A stretch of 64,000 bases of DNA from Mustelus asterias (Eukaryota), in NCBI RefSeq assembly GCF_964213995.1, contig NC_135803.1, positions 73,098,001 through 73,162,000 of the forward strand, given 5' to 3'. This document shows positions 1 to 12,429 of this stretch, one piece after another (the first letter of the stretch is position 1; each line of letters begins with the position of its first letter). The position numbers and the translations under genes are program-made. The notes beneath the pieces are model-generated. The model ran no database searches, was not told the DNA's origin, and saw only the letters and a list, made by a program, of their open reading frames with translations.

Positions 1-120
1 TCCTTCCGCAAATAAGGGGACCAATACTGCACACAGTATTCCAGCTGCGGCCTCACCAATGCCCTGTACATATGCAGCAAGACATCTCTGCTTTTATATT
101 CTATCCCCCTTGCGATATAG
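1..120 (-). mobile_element. CR1-type LINE fragment (RT C-terminal region)
   Basis: Reverse strand reads like the CR1 segment LYRALVRPQLEYCVQYWSPYLRK, homologous to other CR1 copies in the window. Confidence 0.6.
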
Positions 121-537
121 AATAAAGGGGCTCCAGGAGGAAGGGCAGAAGGAAGCTTGTAGAAATGACCTGTTTCAGTGCTGTAAGTGCTACGCAAATA
201 GTGTTATTCCAGGCAATGTCACACACAGGCAAGACAATCACTAATCCATTATTTTGTTTTGTTCCATTAATCTCTCATTAACAAAAGAACGCTGGCGTAT
301 AGAAGCCCTCCTCAGACAGCTAGAGAAGTTCAATGCCCCAGAGGCAACAGATAGCAATGGGTTATGATAAAGTGAAACCAGCGTAGAATGGACAGCAAGA
401 TAAGACACGGAAAAAGTGACCCTCACCATTCTGCTGTAAATGCAGGTTACCATCTCCATATGATGTATTCTTTCTGCATTGAATGTACTCAATCAAAACA
501 GGTCTGCAAATGAAACAGGCAATAACCATTACTTTAC

Positions 538-1057
538 CTTCTCCCAGACCATGCTTCTGCAGGTTGTCAATGCGCGACTGAAGTTGATGCTCCTTCACTC
601 CAAACAGTTCTGGACAGTTTTCCAGGACCTTGATGATGCTGGTTTGGTTTAGGCCAAGGAGGTTGAGCATGTAAAGTGTAGGGAGACTCTTTTGTGGCGG
701 CTGTACAGCAATACTGGGATTCAAAGCGAGCAGCTGCTTCATCTGAACCTGGCTGAATCCCAGCTTCAGGATGGATTCGGCCACACTCTCAAACCCAGAG
801 GCATCAATGTCTGACTTTCCAAAATATTTCGCAGCAGTTTGGCGAAGAGCTTCCAGAAAGTCAGATTTGATCTTTGGAGCTGAAAGGGAGTCTGGTGAAG
901 TTTTCTCAGACTGACTGAGAGTCCTGGCTGTAGAGAACCCACAAGAGATGTATCTCCAAGATCCTGCATTTTGAGCGTTGTATTTTTGTGTAGAGGGAAG
1001 CTGCCAATAGCTGACAGGGGGCTGGATCCTCTGGAGATGACAGTGTAAGAGCACAGC
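538..1057 (-). CDS. MTERF4: MTERF4 coding exon 2 (mitochondrial transcription termination factor 4); gene continues left of the window
   Basis: Acceptor tttcag|GCT, donor GAAG|gtaaag. Translation ...SILKLGFS...LLGLNQTSIIKVLENCPELF...LQKHGLGEG resembles human MTERF4 exon 2 as I recall it (ending LQKLGLGEG). Confidence 0.88.
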
Positions 1058-1435
1058 CTGAAATATAACATGGACCAGGGTGAGGAAAGAAGGGAAATAG
1101 TCCACGTGCAGCACAGACTGGACATGGAGCCCAAAACCTTTCAAATTTCACCATGCCCTATATTAAACCCTCTTGAGGCAGTGGACAGACCCAGCAGGTT
1201 ACATTCAGGGCTGACTGCATTCCAATTATCTTATCACAATATCAATCATCTCATTATTAAGCACCATAGGATTCACTTCCTCTTTTACTGAAGATCAGTC
1301 CAAAGTATTTATTAAATACCACCCCCATGTATTGATAATCTTCATGTGGAGATGCCGGCGTTGGACTGGGGTGAACACAGTAAGAAGTCTCACAACACCA
1401 GGTTAAAGTCCAACAGGTTTATTTGGTAGCAAATA

Positions 1436-1472
1436 CCATAAGCTTTCAGAGCGCTGCTCCTTCGTCAGATGG
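1436..1472 (-). ncRNA. Minimal type I hammerhead ribozyme in Penelope pLTR
   Basis: Reverse complement CCAU CUGACGA A GGAGC agc GCUCU GAAA GC UU AUGG. Confidence 0.75.
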
Positions 1473-3357
1473 AGTGGAAGTGTGCCCTCAAACAGTGCAC
1501 AGACACAGAAATCAAGTTACAAAATACTAATTAGAATGCGAATCCCTACAGCCAGCCAGGTCTTAAAGGTACAGACAATGTGGGTGGAGGGAGCATCAAA
1601 CACAGGTCAAAGAGATGTGTATTGTCTCCAGACAGAACAGCTAGTGAGATTCTGCAAGTCCAGGGGGCAAGCTGTGGGGGTTACTGATAATGTGACATAA
1701 ATCCAACATCCCGGTTTAGGCCGTCCTCATGTGTGCGGAACTTGGCTATCAGTTTCTGCTCAGCGACTCTGCGCTGTCGTGTGTCGTGAAGGCCGCCTTG
1801 GAGAACGCTTACCTGAAGATCCAAGGCTGAATGCCCGTGACTGCTGAAGTGCTCCCCCACAGGAAGAGAACAGTCTTGCCTGGTGATTGTCGAGTGGTGT
1901 TCATTCATCCGTTGTCGTAGCGTCTGCATGGTTTCCCCAATGTACCATGCCTCGGGACATCCTTTCCTGCAGTGTATCAGGTAGACAACGTTGGCTGAGT
2001 TGCAAGAGTAGGTACCGTGTACCTGGTAGATGGTGTTCTCACGTGAGATGATGGCATCCGTGTCGATGATCCGGCACGTCTTGCAGAGGTTGCTGTGGTA
2101 GGGTTGTGTGGTGTCGTGGTCATTGTTCTCCTGAAGGCTGGGTAGTTTGCTGCGGACAATGGTTTGTTTGAGGTTGCGTGGTTGTTTGAAGGCAAGAAGT
2201 GGGGTGTGGGGATGGCCTTGGCGAGATGTTCGTCTTCATCAATGACATGTTGAAGGCTCCGGAGGAGATGCCGTAGCTTCTCCGCTCCGGGGAAGTACTG
2301 GACGACGAAGGGTACTCTGTCCACCGTGTCCCGTGTTTGTCTTCTGAGGAGGTCGGTGCGGTTTTTCGCTGTGGTGCGTCGGAACTGTTGATCGATGAGT
2401 CGAGCGCCATATCCTGTTCTTATGAGATCCTCATCGATCAACAGTTCCGACGCACCACAGCGAAAAACCGCACCGACCTCCTCAGAAGACAAACACGGGA
2501 CACGGTGGACAGAGTACCCTTCGTCGTCCAGTACTTCCCCGGAGCGGAGAAGCTACGGCATCTCCTCTGGAGCCTTCAACATGTCATTGATGAAGACGAA
2601 CATCTCGCCAAGGCCATCCCCACACCCCCACTTCTTGCCTTCAAACAACCACGCAACCTCAAACAAACCATTGTCCGCAGCAAACTACCCAGCCTTCAGG
2701 AGAACAGTGACCACGACACCACACAACCCTGCCACAGCAACCTCTGCAAGACGTGCCGGATCATCGACATGGATGCCATCATCTCACATGAGAACACCAT
2801 CTACCAGGTACACGGTACCTACTCTTGCAACTCGGCCAACGTTGTCTACCTGATACGCTGCAGGAAAAGATGTCCCGAGGCATGGTACATTGGGGAAACC
2901 ATGCAGACACTATGACAACGGATGAATGAACACCGCTCGACAATCACCAGGCAAGACTGTTCTCTTCCTGTGGGGGAGCACTTCAGCAGTCACGGGCATT
3001 CAGCCTTGGATCTTCAGGTAAGCGTTCTCCAAGGCGGCCTTCACGACACACGACAGTGCAGAGTCGCTGAGCAGAAACTGATAGCCAAGTTCCGCACACG
3101 AGGACGGCCTAAACCGGGATGTTGGATTTATGTCACATTATCAGTAACCCCCACAGCTTGCCTCCTGGACTTGCAGAATCTCACTAGCTGTTCTGTCTGG
3201 AGACAATACACATCTCTTTAACCTGTGTTTGATGCTCCCTCCACCCACATTGTCTGTACCTTTAAGACCTGGCTGGTTGTAGGGATTCGCATTCTAATTA
3301 GTATTCTGCAACTTGATTTCTGTGTCTCTGTGCCCTGTTTGAGAGCACATTTCCACT

Positions 3358-3394
3358 CCATCTGACGAAGGAGCAGCGCTCCGAAAGCTTATGG
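3358..3394 (+). ncRNA. Minimal type I hammerhead ribozyme in Penelope pLTR
   Basis: CCAU CUGACGA A GGAGC agc GCUCC GAAA GC UU AUGG: CUGANGA and GAAA core, stem I CCAU/AUGG, stem II GGAGC/GCUCC, palindromic AGCU stem III. Confidence 0.8.
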
Positions 3395-3657
3395 TATTTG
3401 CTACCAAATAAACCTGTTGGACTTTAACCTGGTGTTGTGAGACTTCTTACTTGATAATCTTCTACAGACTATCGCACTCACACAGGCTCCCGGAATCACC
3501 ATTTGTGTCACAATTCTATTTCTTTAGAATGGAATCAGCACCTTCAGTGTCGCTCTGCTCCCTCTCGACCTCAACACTCCCTCAGTCTCCCACCTCCTTA
3601 TTCATCCCTCTCCCTTCCTCCTCATCCTTTACCCTCTCCACCTCCCCTTAGCCTCAC

Positions 3658-3678
3658 CTGCTGTGTCACCCTTTTCAT
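3658..3678 (-). CDS. MTERF4: MTERF4 coding exon 1 (MKRVTQQ)
   Basis: ATG AAA AGG GTG ACA CAG CAG|gtgagg in a locally CpG-richer region. 7 codons, phase 0, joins in frame to exon 2; same size as the short human first coding exon (MAAFGRQ). Confidence 0.75.
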
Positions 3679-4342
3679 CCTCCGCCTCAGTTGTCTGTGT
3701 CCGTCGGTAATTCGGACTCTCCAACCAGCCGTTCCCTAGATAAACGTTCCGATCCCGAGCGAAGGTTCCCCTTGCTGCTGCACTGAGCTCCCTACTGGAA
3801 GGTCCAATATGTGCGGCAGTAATGACCAGGGTCAGCTTTGGCTCTGCTGCCTGGATTGTAGGATGATCTATTGACAGTTGTTTCCCCAACTGTGAAACTG
3901 CCCCACATTAGCATATTGTGGGGAAGATGGGAAGGGGGAAAGAAAACTTTTTTTTTAATGATGTACTTTAGCTGAAACCGGTATTAATCATAAAAAAATG
4001 TGAGCAGCAATAACAAAATCAAGCTTGATCTCCCCTTAAAGGGATAGTGCGACTACAAGTTTGTTTTCTTTTGCCATCAATATAGAGGCACAAGGTACCG
4101 CATTTTTGTCAAAAGGCTGCCTCCTGCTTGACTAGAAGAGCTTAGATCAAGAGAATCGGGGGATGCAGGGAGTACACATTCACAAATGTCACCAGGTTAA
4201 TAATAATCATAAAGAGCAAACCAAGCACGGAGATTCATTTAGACAGGGAATTCAAAAGTAGATGTTAATCTTGTATTGAACTTTGGTTAGGTCGAATTTT
4301 GTCCATCTCACCCTCATGTTCTTGACAGCCAATACACTCAAG

Positions 4343-5082
4343 ACTCAGTTAATGGTAGGGTGTTGGGGAGAGTTATAAAACAAAGAGATCTAGGGGGTAC
4401 AGGTTCATAGCTCCTTGAAAGTGGAGTCACAAGTGGACAGGGTGGTGAAGAAGGCATTCGGCATGCTTGGTTTCATTGGTCAGAACATTGAATACAGTAG
4501 TTGGAACATCTTGTTGAAGTTGTACAAGACATTGGTACGGCCACACTTGGAATAGTGCGCAATTCTGGTCACCCTATTATAGAAAGGATATTATTAAACT
4601 AGAAAGAGTGCAGAAAAGATTTACTAGGATGCTACCGGGACTTGATGGATTGAGTTATGAGGCTGGATAGACTGGGACTTTTTTCTCTGTAGTGTATGAG
4701 GCTGAGGGGTGATCTTATAGAGGACTATAAAATAACGAGGGGCATAGATCAGCTAGTCAATATCTTTTCCCAAAGGTAGGGGAGTCTAAAACTAGAGGGC
4801 ATAGGTTTGTGAGAGGGGAGAGATACACAAGGGTCCAGAGGGGCAGTTTCTTCACACAGAGGGTGGTGAGTGTCTGGAACAAGCTGCCAGAGGTAGTAGT
4901 AGAAGCGGGTACAATTTTGTCTTTTAAAAAGCATTTAGACAGTTACATGGGTACAATGGATATAGAGGGATATGGGCCAAATGTGGCAATTGGAACTAGC
5001 TTAAGGGCTTTAAAGAAAGCGGCGGCATGGACAAGTTGGGCCAAAGGGCCTGTTTCCATGCTGTAAACCTCTATGACTCTAC
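4343..5082 (+). mobile_element. CR1 LINE 3' fragment
   Basis: Degenerate KVESQVDRVVKKAFGMLGFI...FFTQRVVSVWNKLPE, ending in a ctctatgactcta tail. Confidence 0.8.
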
Positions 5083-5909
5083 TGGTGAGTGTGAGGCTAA
5101 TGACAGGCAGGAGGAACTCATAAAACCATCCTAACGTCAAGATCATGTTTCTAGTTGTAGAATAGGCAGACAGCTATCAAAGATGATATGTTCCATAATC
5201 AGATTCACATTTCACATGATCTGAAACTCACCTACTTTATATATGGTGTGAATGGGAATAACTGCTACAAGATTAGCCATTACCCCATACTGCAATGATT
5301 TTGTGTTGAAGATCACACAGCCGTGCACTCAAAGGTTGACTAAAACGAGTAATCAACTTTATTTACAAAAATTATGACCATACAGAAGCAAACGTATACA
5401 AGCAAGTACCTAGCAGTATTACAGAACTCAAAGAACTTTAAATATCTTCAGAATACATTTTTTACATAGGTGATAAACTTGTCATCTTAGTTTGAGGCCA
5501 CTTCCTGTGCTAGTCACATGGATTCTAGCTGTTAGCATGTATAGCACTAGACTGGCAAAATACAAACATTATGGCAAAAATATCCTTTCATGTTACAGAT
5601 GTTAGCACGTACATTAATCACCTGTTCAAGGCAGATTGCCGATGGGTTAGGCCAGAGAGAACTTCAGATCTTTGACACTGGGGAACAATACTTATGCTCT
5701 TGTCTGATTGGAATTTACAAACAAAATGCTTATTCCAACTCATAAGCTTATTTGTTTGACTGGGTTGAGTTACCGGAACAACCCTGAAGCATGCAATGGG
5801 CATCCCGGAGTTTAATATGTATTCAATATTTCAAAGCCAACTTGGTTTCAATTCTGATCTGAATCTCTGACAAATAGGCAGGCTGCAATCCCTGGTAACT
5901 CTATTTGCA

Positions 5910-6067
5910 CAGTAAGAAGTCTCACACCAAGTTAAAGTCCAACAGGTTTATTTGTAGCAAACGCCACTAGCTTTCGGAACTGGCTGTTCCTTCGTCAGGT
6001 GGGTGGGAGATCTGATCACAAACATCTTACTGTGTTTACCCCAGTCCAACGCCGGCATCTCCACATC
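5910..6067. mobile_element. 158-bp miniature fold-back Penelope derivative with 13-bp TSD
   Basis: pLTR end on minus (5910-~6023) plus 3' tail on plus (6025-6067). AACTCTATTTGCA at 5897-5909 and 6068-6080. Confidence 0.85.
5964..6002 (-). ncRNA. Minimal hammerhead ribozyme (variant stems)
   Basis: Reverse complement CCAC CUGACGA A GGAAC agcca GUUCC GAAA GC UA GUGG. Confidence 0.8.
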
Positions 6068-6553
6068 AACTCTATTTGCAGACAGTATCTTGGTTTGGTC
6101 TTTCCCTCCTTAAGTAATTTGATTTTAACCAATCTAGCCTTCAGGCCACTTTAAAATTCACAACATATTAGTCTATATATAAATGAGATATTATACAAAT
6201 ATGTTGTGATTTGAAACAAGACCTTAGTTCTGGCACATATGAATTGTACTTCAGTGGCCCATTAGAAGGGTTAAGACTTATTTAGATAGGATGTGAACCA
6301 GGAGGAATGGGGCCAGTTATGCAGCGAAAGTATAGACAGAATGTGGAACTCAGTTCAGACATTTGGTGAAGCTGCTGTTGCCTGCAAGTCATCTCTCCCA
6401 ACTGTGTCGGTGGTGGTCTAGTGTCCCACATATAAAAGGCAGCAAAGAAGGTATAGGACTGTGGGGGTGAGGGGGTCACATCTTTATAACAAAAGCAATT
6501 TTCGCAGTAAAAATTAAATAAGTGTGGAATGCAGTGTATTCAACTTGTACCAA

Positions 6554-7092
6554 TCACTTCAGAACGGTAAAGGCTAGAGTCACCCCGATTCGAACCCGTA
6601 GTGCTGGGTGGAGAGGCTCAGTGAATGCTCCATGGAAGGTGTGTAACAAGGTTAGTTCATGCTCTGACACAGTGTAGAAGGAGATTAACCCACCTTCAAA
6701 ATCAATATAGACTCCCAATGTGGAGAGCTTTTCTGCCTTCACAGCAATTCTCTTCCCGTCATGTAGGCATGAAAGGGCGTCAGGCCCAGAGTGAATGCAC
6801 CAGGACTTGTCGTTAAAGCCCAGCAGACATTCATTGCCTGCTCCTCTCCTGCTGATACTTTTGTAGCAGACTCCAATGCTCCAGGCCCCATCACCCTCCT
6901 TAACCTTAACCTCCCAGTAAGATCGACCACAACTCACAGCCTCGGCACCAAGAATCTGTGGCCACCGGTCAAAGATTTCTACGCTTTTGGGAAACATCTG
7001 GATCTGACTGGATGCTGATACTGTTCTATTATTGTCTGTCAGAGCGAGGTAGGGATTTGCTGTGTTTGGATCCAGAGTTGGTGTCTGTCCAT
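6554..7092 (-). CDS. TRIM E3 ligase, exon 6 (PRY/SPRY, B30.2 domain, stop)
   Basis: tgatag|AT GGA...; YGQTPTLDPNTANPYL...GRSYWEV...LGVYIDFEGGLISFY...FTEPLHPAL, ends TGA; phase fits exon 5. Confidence 0.92.
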
Positions 7093-8763
7093 CTATCAGT
7101 AAAAAGGAGACAGTGAAGTAAATGACCTGTTCACTTCCTACAGAGTATCTGAAGTTTTTTTAAAGAAACATGGCAGACCCCTTTCACGCAATTTCTCTGT
7201 GGTTTCCAAGTCAGCCTTGGCTTCTTGGTAGCACACACTGGTTCAGAGGGTCACTGATTCCAGTCCCACTCCAGAAACCTCAGTTTATAATCCAGACCAA
7301 CTCCCAGTGCAGTGCTGAGAGAGTACAGCACCTGTTAAAGATGCCATTTGGACGAGATGTTAAACAAATTCCTCCCTGAGGTAGACATAAAAGATCCCCT
7401 ACTTGGAATCCTCAAGATCTACTTGAACAGCAAGTGATTCCATACATACAAGCTAGGAGAAGGTCACTCAGCCCCTCATTTTTTTGATCTGATTGCAACC
7501 TCAACACCACCCTCCTGCCTACCCCCATTGTCTGGTCATTTATTTAATGTAAATCAGCTGCCACATTTCCTCAAAGGAAGAATGTGTAGGGTTACGGCTG
7601 GGAAATGCTACTAGGTGCATTGCTGAGAGTTAACACAGACACAATGGCAAATGGCCACCTTCTGCACTGTAACCGTTCTGTGATTACAATGACTACGATT
7701 ACAAACCACTTTGGGACGTGATGAGGTTACAAAGGGTGTTACAGAAATGCAAGTTTATTGTCCTTTCTTACAAAGCTTTTGAATAAATGCAGTGTCTGGA
7801 GCAGACAAACTGTCCACTGACTGACATCTCTGATCCTATCACCTTTAATCTGTTCTTTTCAGCAAGCCAATGGCACCTCCTTTAAATATGTAGATCAGGT
7901 GCTAATTCAGGGGCAGTCGAATGTAATTTTAACTTGAGGCCTTCGCATGGGGGCGGAGCCGTCCTGACTTTCTCACAAAGCTAACAAGCAGACATGGAGC
8001 CAGGATGGGCTTAGTAAAGTCAGCTATGTGTCATTTCTCTGTTCTTCTGGAAGAGGCCTAAAATACTGATCTCCTCCAGCTGTACGAGGAAACCTTCGGC
8101 CTTTTTCTTCTTCCCTCCAAATCCTCCTTCTCAGGGGCAATTCCTTCAAGACCACAATAGCAAACTCACTGCTGTCCAAGATCCCATTTCTATCTGCCTG
8201 CCCAGAGTTGATTTGGGTGGGAAACTGAGTGCCTGGGGTGCTTTTTGATTGTTGAAAGTGTTATTATTGTCACCAATGTTCATTACATGCAATAAAGGCA
8301 TCAGCTCCGTTTTTACACTGTTAACAACATTCCCATTAGATATCCCAGCTTCAATCTGTCACAGTGTAATCATAGATTTAAACACAACCTGGTTTAACCA
8401 CATCACTCCTCTTTGGGTCCAAATATTTTACGAGAGAGCCATAATGTGAGCCTCTGAAATTATTTTGCCTCTAAAAAAGTGCCGCTGATCTCAGGTGTAC
8501 AGTGCTGTTATAAACCATTTTGGGTGAAGTGGTCAAGTATTCAATATTAAATTCTGCAATCAGTGCTCAATTAATAAAAATAAATTTTATTGATATATAA
8601 AATAGCTCTAAGGGAGAAGGATTATTACATAGATAATTGGTGGTTGCAGTTGAATTATATTGTGACAGCTGAAATAGCAAAATTGAATGGGAAACGCTGA
8701 CAGAAGAAAGGTTTGTGCACAGGGAGCAAGGCTATTAAAAATAGATTTCTGTCGGGCACTTAC

Positions 8764-8891
8764 AGAGTTTGACCATCATCTGCCTGTTCCTCAGCTCCTC
8801 ATTCCCCTCAACTGTACATTTTATTGGGTCTTTTATTTGCGTACTCCCCAAACTATAGGGTGTTGATAGTGGTAACGAGACATCTTTCAAG
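8764..8891 (-). CDS. TRIM gene exon 5 (128 nt linker)
   Basis: ttttgcag|C...T|gtaagt; open frame LKDVSLPLSTPY...QMMVKL bridging phase 2 to phase 1. Confidence 0.75.
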
Positions 8892-10463
8892 CTGCAAAAG
8901 AAAGATGATGTATGGGTTCAATGAAAATAAGATATGTGAAATAATACATGTGGCTGAAGTGTTTACTGGAAAGTCAAGTACAAACGTTTCCACAAAGTGT
9001 ACAAAAGTTATCAAATCTGAAGTTAGATACAGAATGTTAAACACCTCCCTTCATAGGTTCAGTCCAAGAAAGGCTGCCTAGTTGGGTCGTAACAGATTCT
9101 TACCTTCACAAAGCTGCCTATACTGATGGTAAGATGCTCAATGAAGTTTTACCTGAGAATCACATCCACCTCAACTGACCCTGTCAAATGACATGTCCTG
9201 AGAAATAAAACCCAATCATAAATATTCACAAGGAGTCTGACAGATCTCGAATATAGTGAGCAGTATTGCCCATCAAAATAACACCATTTACACAGCACCA
9301 TGTCACGTCAAAATGTCTCAAACTTTTTATACAACTATTTCTTCATTTGGAGTAGATTTGTTCTGTAGGCTAATAAAGCAACCATTCTACACTAGCAGTG
9401 TCACAGAAAGAGTAATCAGATAAGTACATGTGCTTTAATGGCGACGTTGGTTGTAGGAATGATATTGGTCAGGATTCCGGGAGAACTCCCAACAGTTCTC
9501 AATTGATGCAGTGGGATCTTTCTATCCAATGGAATGTGAAGGCAAGAGAATAGATTTAAACTTCCCACATGTGCTAATACATCAGGCGACTGAGAATAAA
9601 GGAGCACGCTGACCAATTTTAATTTTTGACAGACTGGTGTAACATTTACCCTCTCTCACATTCATACCTCCATTAGCTCATTCAAGGGATGTGCCTGGAT
9701 CAATTCTTTGCTAAGTGGGAGATTTGACTTCCCTATTGTGATGCTGCTTCACTCGGTGTAAATCATGTACACAAAAGGTCAGGTCATGAACTGATGCAGC
9801 GCTCATTACTTTTCATGGGTTGTGGGCACCATTGAAAAAGTCCAGCATTTTTTTTGCAGTCCACTTGAATGGCTTGCCAGGTCATTTCAGAGGGCAGTTA
9901 AGAGTCACACTGCTGTGGATCTGGACTCAGATGTCATACTCTGGGACAGTGCACCGGAATAAATTTATCCCATTCTTTGTCAATTCTGGGGTGGATTGTA
10001 GGGACTACGATAGATCACTAAAACCAAGTAGAGGCAGGCTCTACAAGCGGGGTCTGCCTGCATGCACTCACTTGTAGAGTCAAGCACAAGTCAGAAAAAA
10101 TACAATTACATTTCAACAAGTGGGCAGGATTGTGACTGGCTGCATTGCTACATTCCTCTTTAAACCGATAGATATCTAAAATAGTACAAAATTAAAGCAG
10201 AATACTGCAGATGCTGGAAGGCTAAAACAAAGTGCTGGGAAATAGAGTTAACCTTTAAAGTCCAATATGACTCCTCATCAAAATCGAAGGTAGGTAGAAA
10301 TGTGATGGGTTTTATGCCATTTGGGGCAGGGAGAGGAAGAACAAAAGGAAAGATTTGTGGTAGGGAAGAGATTAGACGACTAGTCAAATTGTAAAATGTA
10401 AAATAGCATGTTTGCTTATTGACGACTTTCATTGTTACTATAGGATAGAAGCTGGCCACTTAC

Positions 10464-10486
10464 CGTGCAGCAATGGAGTTAAATTC
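10464..10486 (-). CDS. TRIM gene exon 4 (23-nt microexon EFNSIAAR)
   Basis: tttgtttcag|GAA...CG|gtaagt; a 23-nt exon after the coiled coil is typical of many TRIM/B30.2 genes. Confidence 0.8.
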
Positions 10487-10809
10487 CTGAAACAAAATAA
10501 ACAGAACACAGGTGTAAAACAGAATACATAGAATATGAACAGGCTCAAACTGGAAGGGTGGTCATAGCCCCTGTGGCCACAGAGCCACCATCATTGCACA
10601 TTTATCTATGTCGGTGGTGGGAAAATCTAGGCTCATGGAGTGGCCCTCAAGATTGAAATTGGACATGCTCAGAGCTGTGATACTGATACATTTTATGTTT
10701 CAGGAAAATGTTCAGTCTTCTTTTTCTACAGAGTCGGAGTGTCCGGAAGGAATATAGCTCAGATGCTGGGAAAGCAAGATAACTACTCATTTTAGGCATG
10801 TAGTGTTTA

Positions 10810-11810
10810 CAACTATGCTGCAGGAAGCATATCCTGGGATGTTTCCCGACCGTGTGGTAATAAGATCACAAAGGCACAGGTTGAGACAGGAAGAGGAGAA
10901 ATCAGAGAGTAAAGACAAGGAGGCTGCGATTCATAATCCGAAACAATCTTTGACCAAGATTGATAAAGAACAGGTGGAAGAGGAAGCTGCTATCTTTAGT
11001 TTAGGGAAGTTGGCAGAATTACAACAGAAAGATGCAGAGATAAAGCAATTGTGTCAGAAAGCACACACAGGAGGAGAATCTGTGTGTATACCAGAGTGTT
11101 ATTAATGAGGAAGTGGAGACCGTTACATATTCAGACAGATGAAAAATGAGTAGAAGTTCATCAAGTTGTATTACTGATGGGTTATAGAACCTTTACTCGG
11201 GTCCTAATTGGTTGTGTGGGACCCCTGTCTAAAACGAAAAGTGGGAATCAGTATTCGGTGACCATAATGGATGTGTTTAGATTTCTGGAGGCCATTCCAT
11301 CATATTACATTACAACTAAAGAGGGTTGTAGAGGAGTTACTTAAATATTTAAACCAGATACAGACTGCCCACAAATCCAATCAGATCAAGATCCATTTTA
11401 CATTGAAGTGATTCAGGGATGTTATGGATAGCTTGGAGTAAAACAATTTAAATTAACTGCATATCATCCAGAGTTGCAGGGAGCGCTGGCACGATGGCAT
11501 CATCTTTAAAGACCATGTTAAGGGCCTATAGTCAGGATTATCCAGAGGATTGGGATAAAGGAATTCCATTTATACTTTTTGTAATTAGGGATGCACCTAA
11601 TGAATCAATTAAATTCAGTCCATTGGAATTGGTTTTTGGTCATGAGATAAGAGGACAACTTAAATCGATCAAGGAGAAAAACTGGTGAGTCAATGTTCTG
11701 AGACTACATTGTTGTACTATGTCAAATTTATGAAGAGGTTAACTAGGGCTGATGAGTTGGTTAGACAGCATTTTAAAATGAAGAAAATAGAAATGGATAA
11801 AAGATCAAAT
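10810..11810 (+). mobile_element. Decayed Gypsy/Ty3 LTR-retrotransposon integrase remnant
   Basis: Frameshifted CVGPLSKTKSGNQY..TIMD, IQSDQ, TAYHPE.QGAL, LKTMLRAY..DWDKGIPFILF.IRDAPNES.KFSP.ELVFG. Confidence 0.8.
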
Positions 11811-12429
11811 TCAGTTTTGTTAGTGGGGGTAAGCATTAGTACTACTAATCAGTTAAAAGTTAAGCAGCTTCACAAGCTTGTTTTCATAAAAGAACCCTAA
11901 TTTGTCAGTGGAATTACTTCCAGAGTGAAGCATCTTTTCCTCACATTTATTAAAAAATAAAAAGATTGTGGGGTCTAGTTTGGCTTAATAATATAACTTG
12001 GGATTCTAGTCTGGGACCTCAACTATGACCCTTAAATAAGATCAAATACATGCCAAATATTTTGCAACAAGTTATAGAAAATTTTTAATCATTCACTTAT
12101 ATTAATAGAAGTGTCAAGTGGTAGAAACCAAAAGAAATATTCATGTTTGATTGGATGCAGAGGGAGCGCACAGCTCTCATGGTCAATATTGTGTACAGTT
12201 GGCACACGCCTCACTTCACGGGTATATCACCTTAGTCATACCAGTAAGAGAAAAACTACACAGTGGAATGTGGCAACCCTGCACATGGGCAACAGTCAAC
12301 AAATCTTATGGACCACACACAGAACCCCGGTGGGCTGCATGTGGCCTACCACTGAGCTATATTGTTCATTTAAAAAAAATCCTAGCTATGTATGTTGAGT
12401 TCAAATGGGAGAGAGAGTAAAGGGAGCCT

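Larger units (their letters stand above)
1344..3450. mobile_element. Penelope-like element (GIY-YIG, Neptune-like), fold-back inverted dimer with 12-bp TSD
   Basis: Left arm minus (1344-2426), right arm plus (2430-3450). Encodes PCHSNLCKTC Cys linker and VVYLIRC...WYIGET GIY-YIG motif. Flanked by TTGATAATCTTC at 1332-1343 and 3451-3462. Confidence 0.92.

Noticed and set aside
362-1144. 260-aa ORF as a complete protein
   Set aside because: Only 538-1057 is exon; both ends are intronic read-through past clear splice sites.
1977-2915. Mirror-image ORFs on both strands with the same N-terminus MSSEEVG...
   Set aside because: Artefact of reading through the centre of the Penelope palindrome; not a gene pair.
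8094-8106. cttcggcctttt resembling the U2 5' end
   Set aside because: About 10-nt match with no extension; expected by chance.
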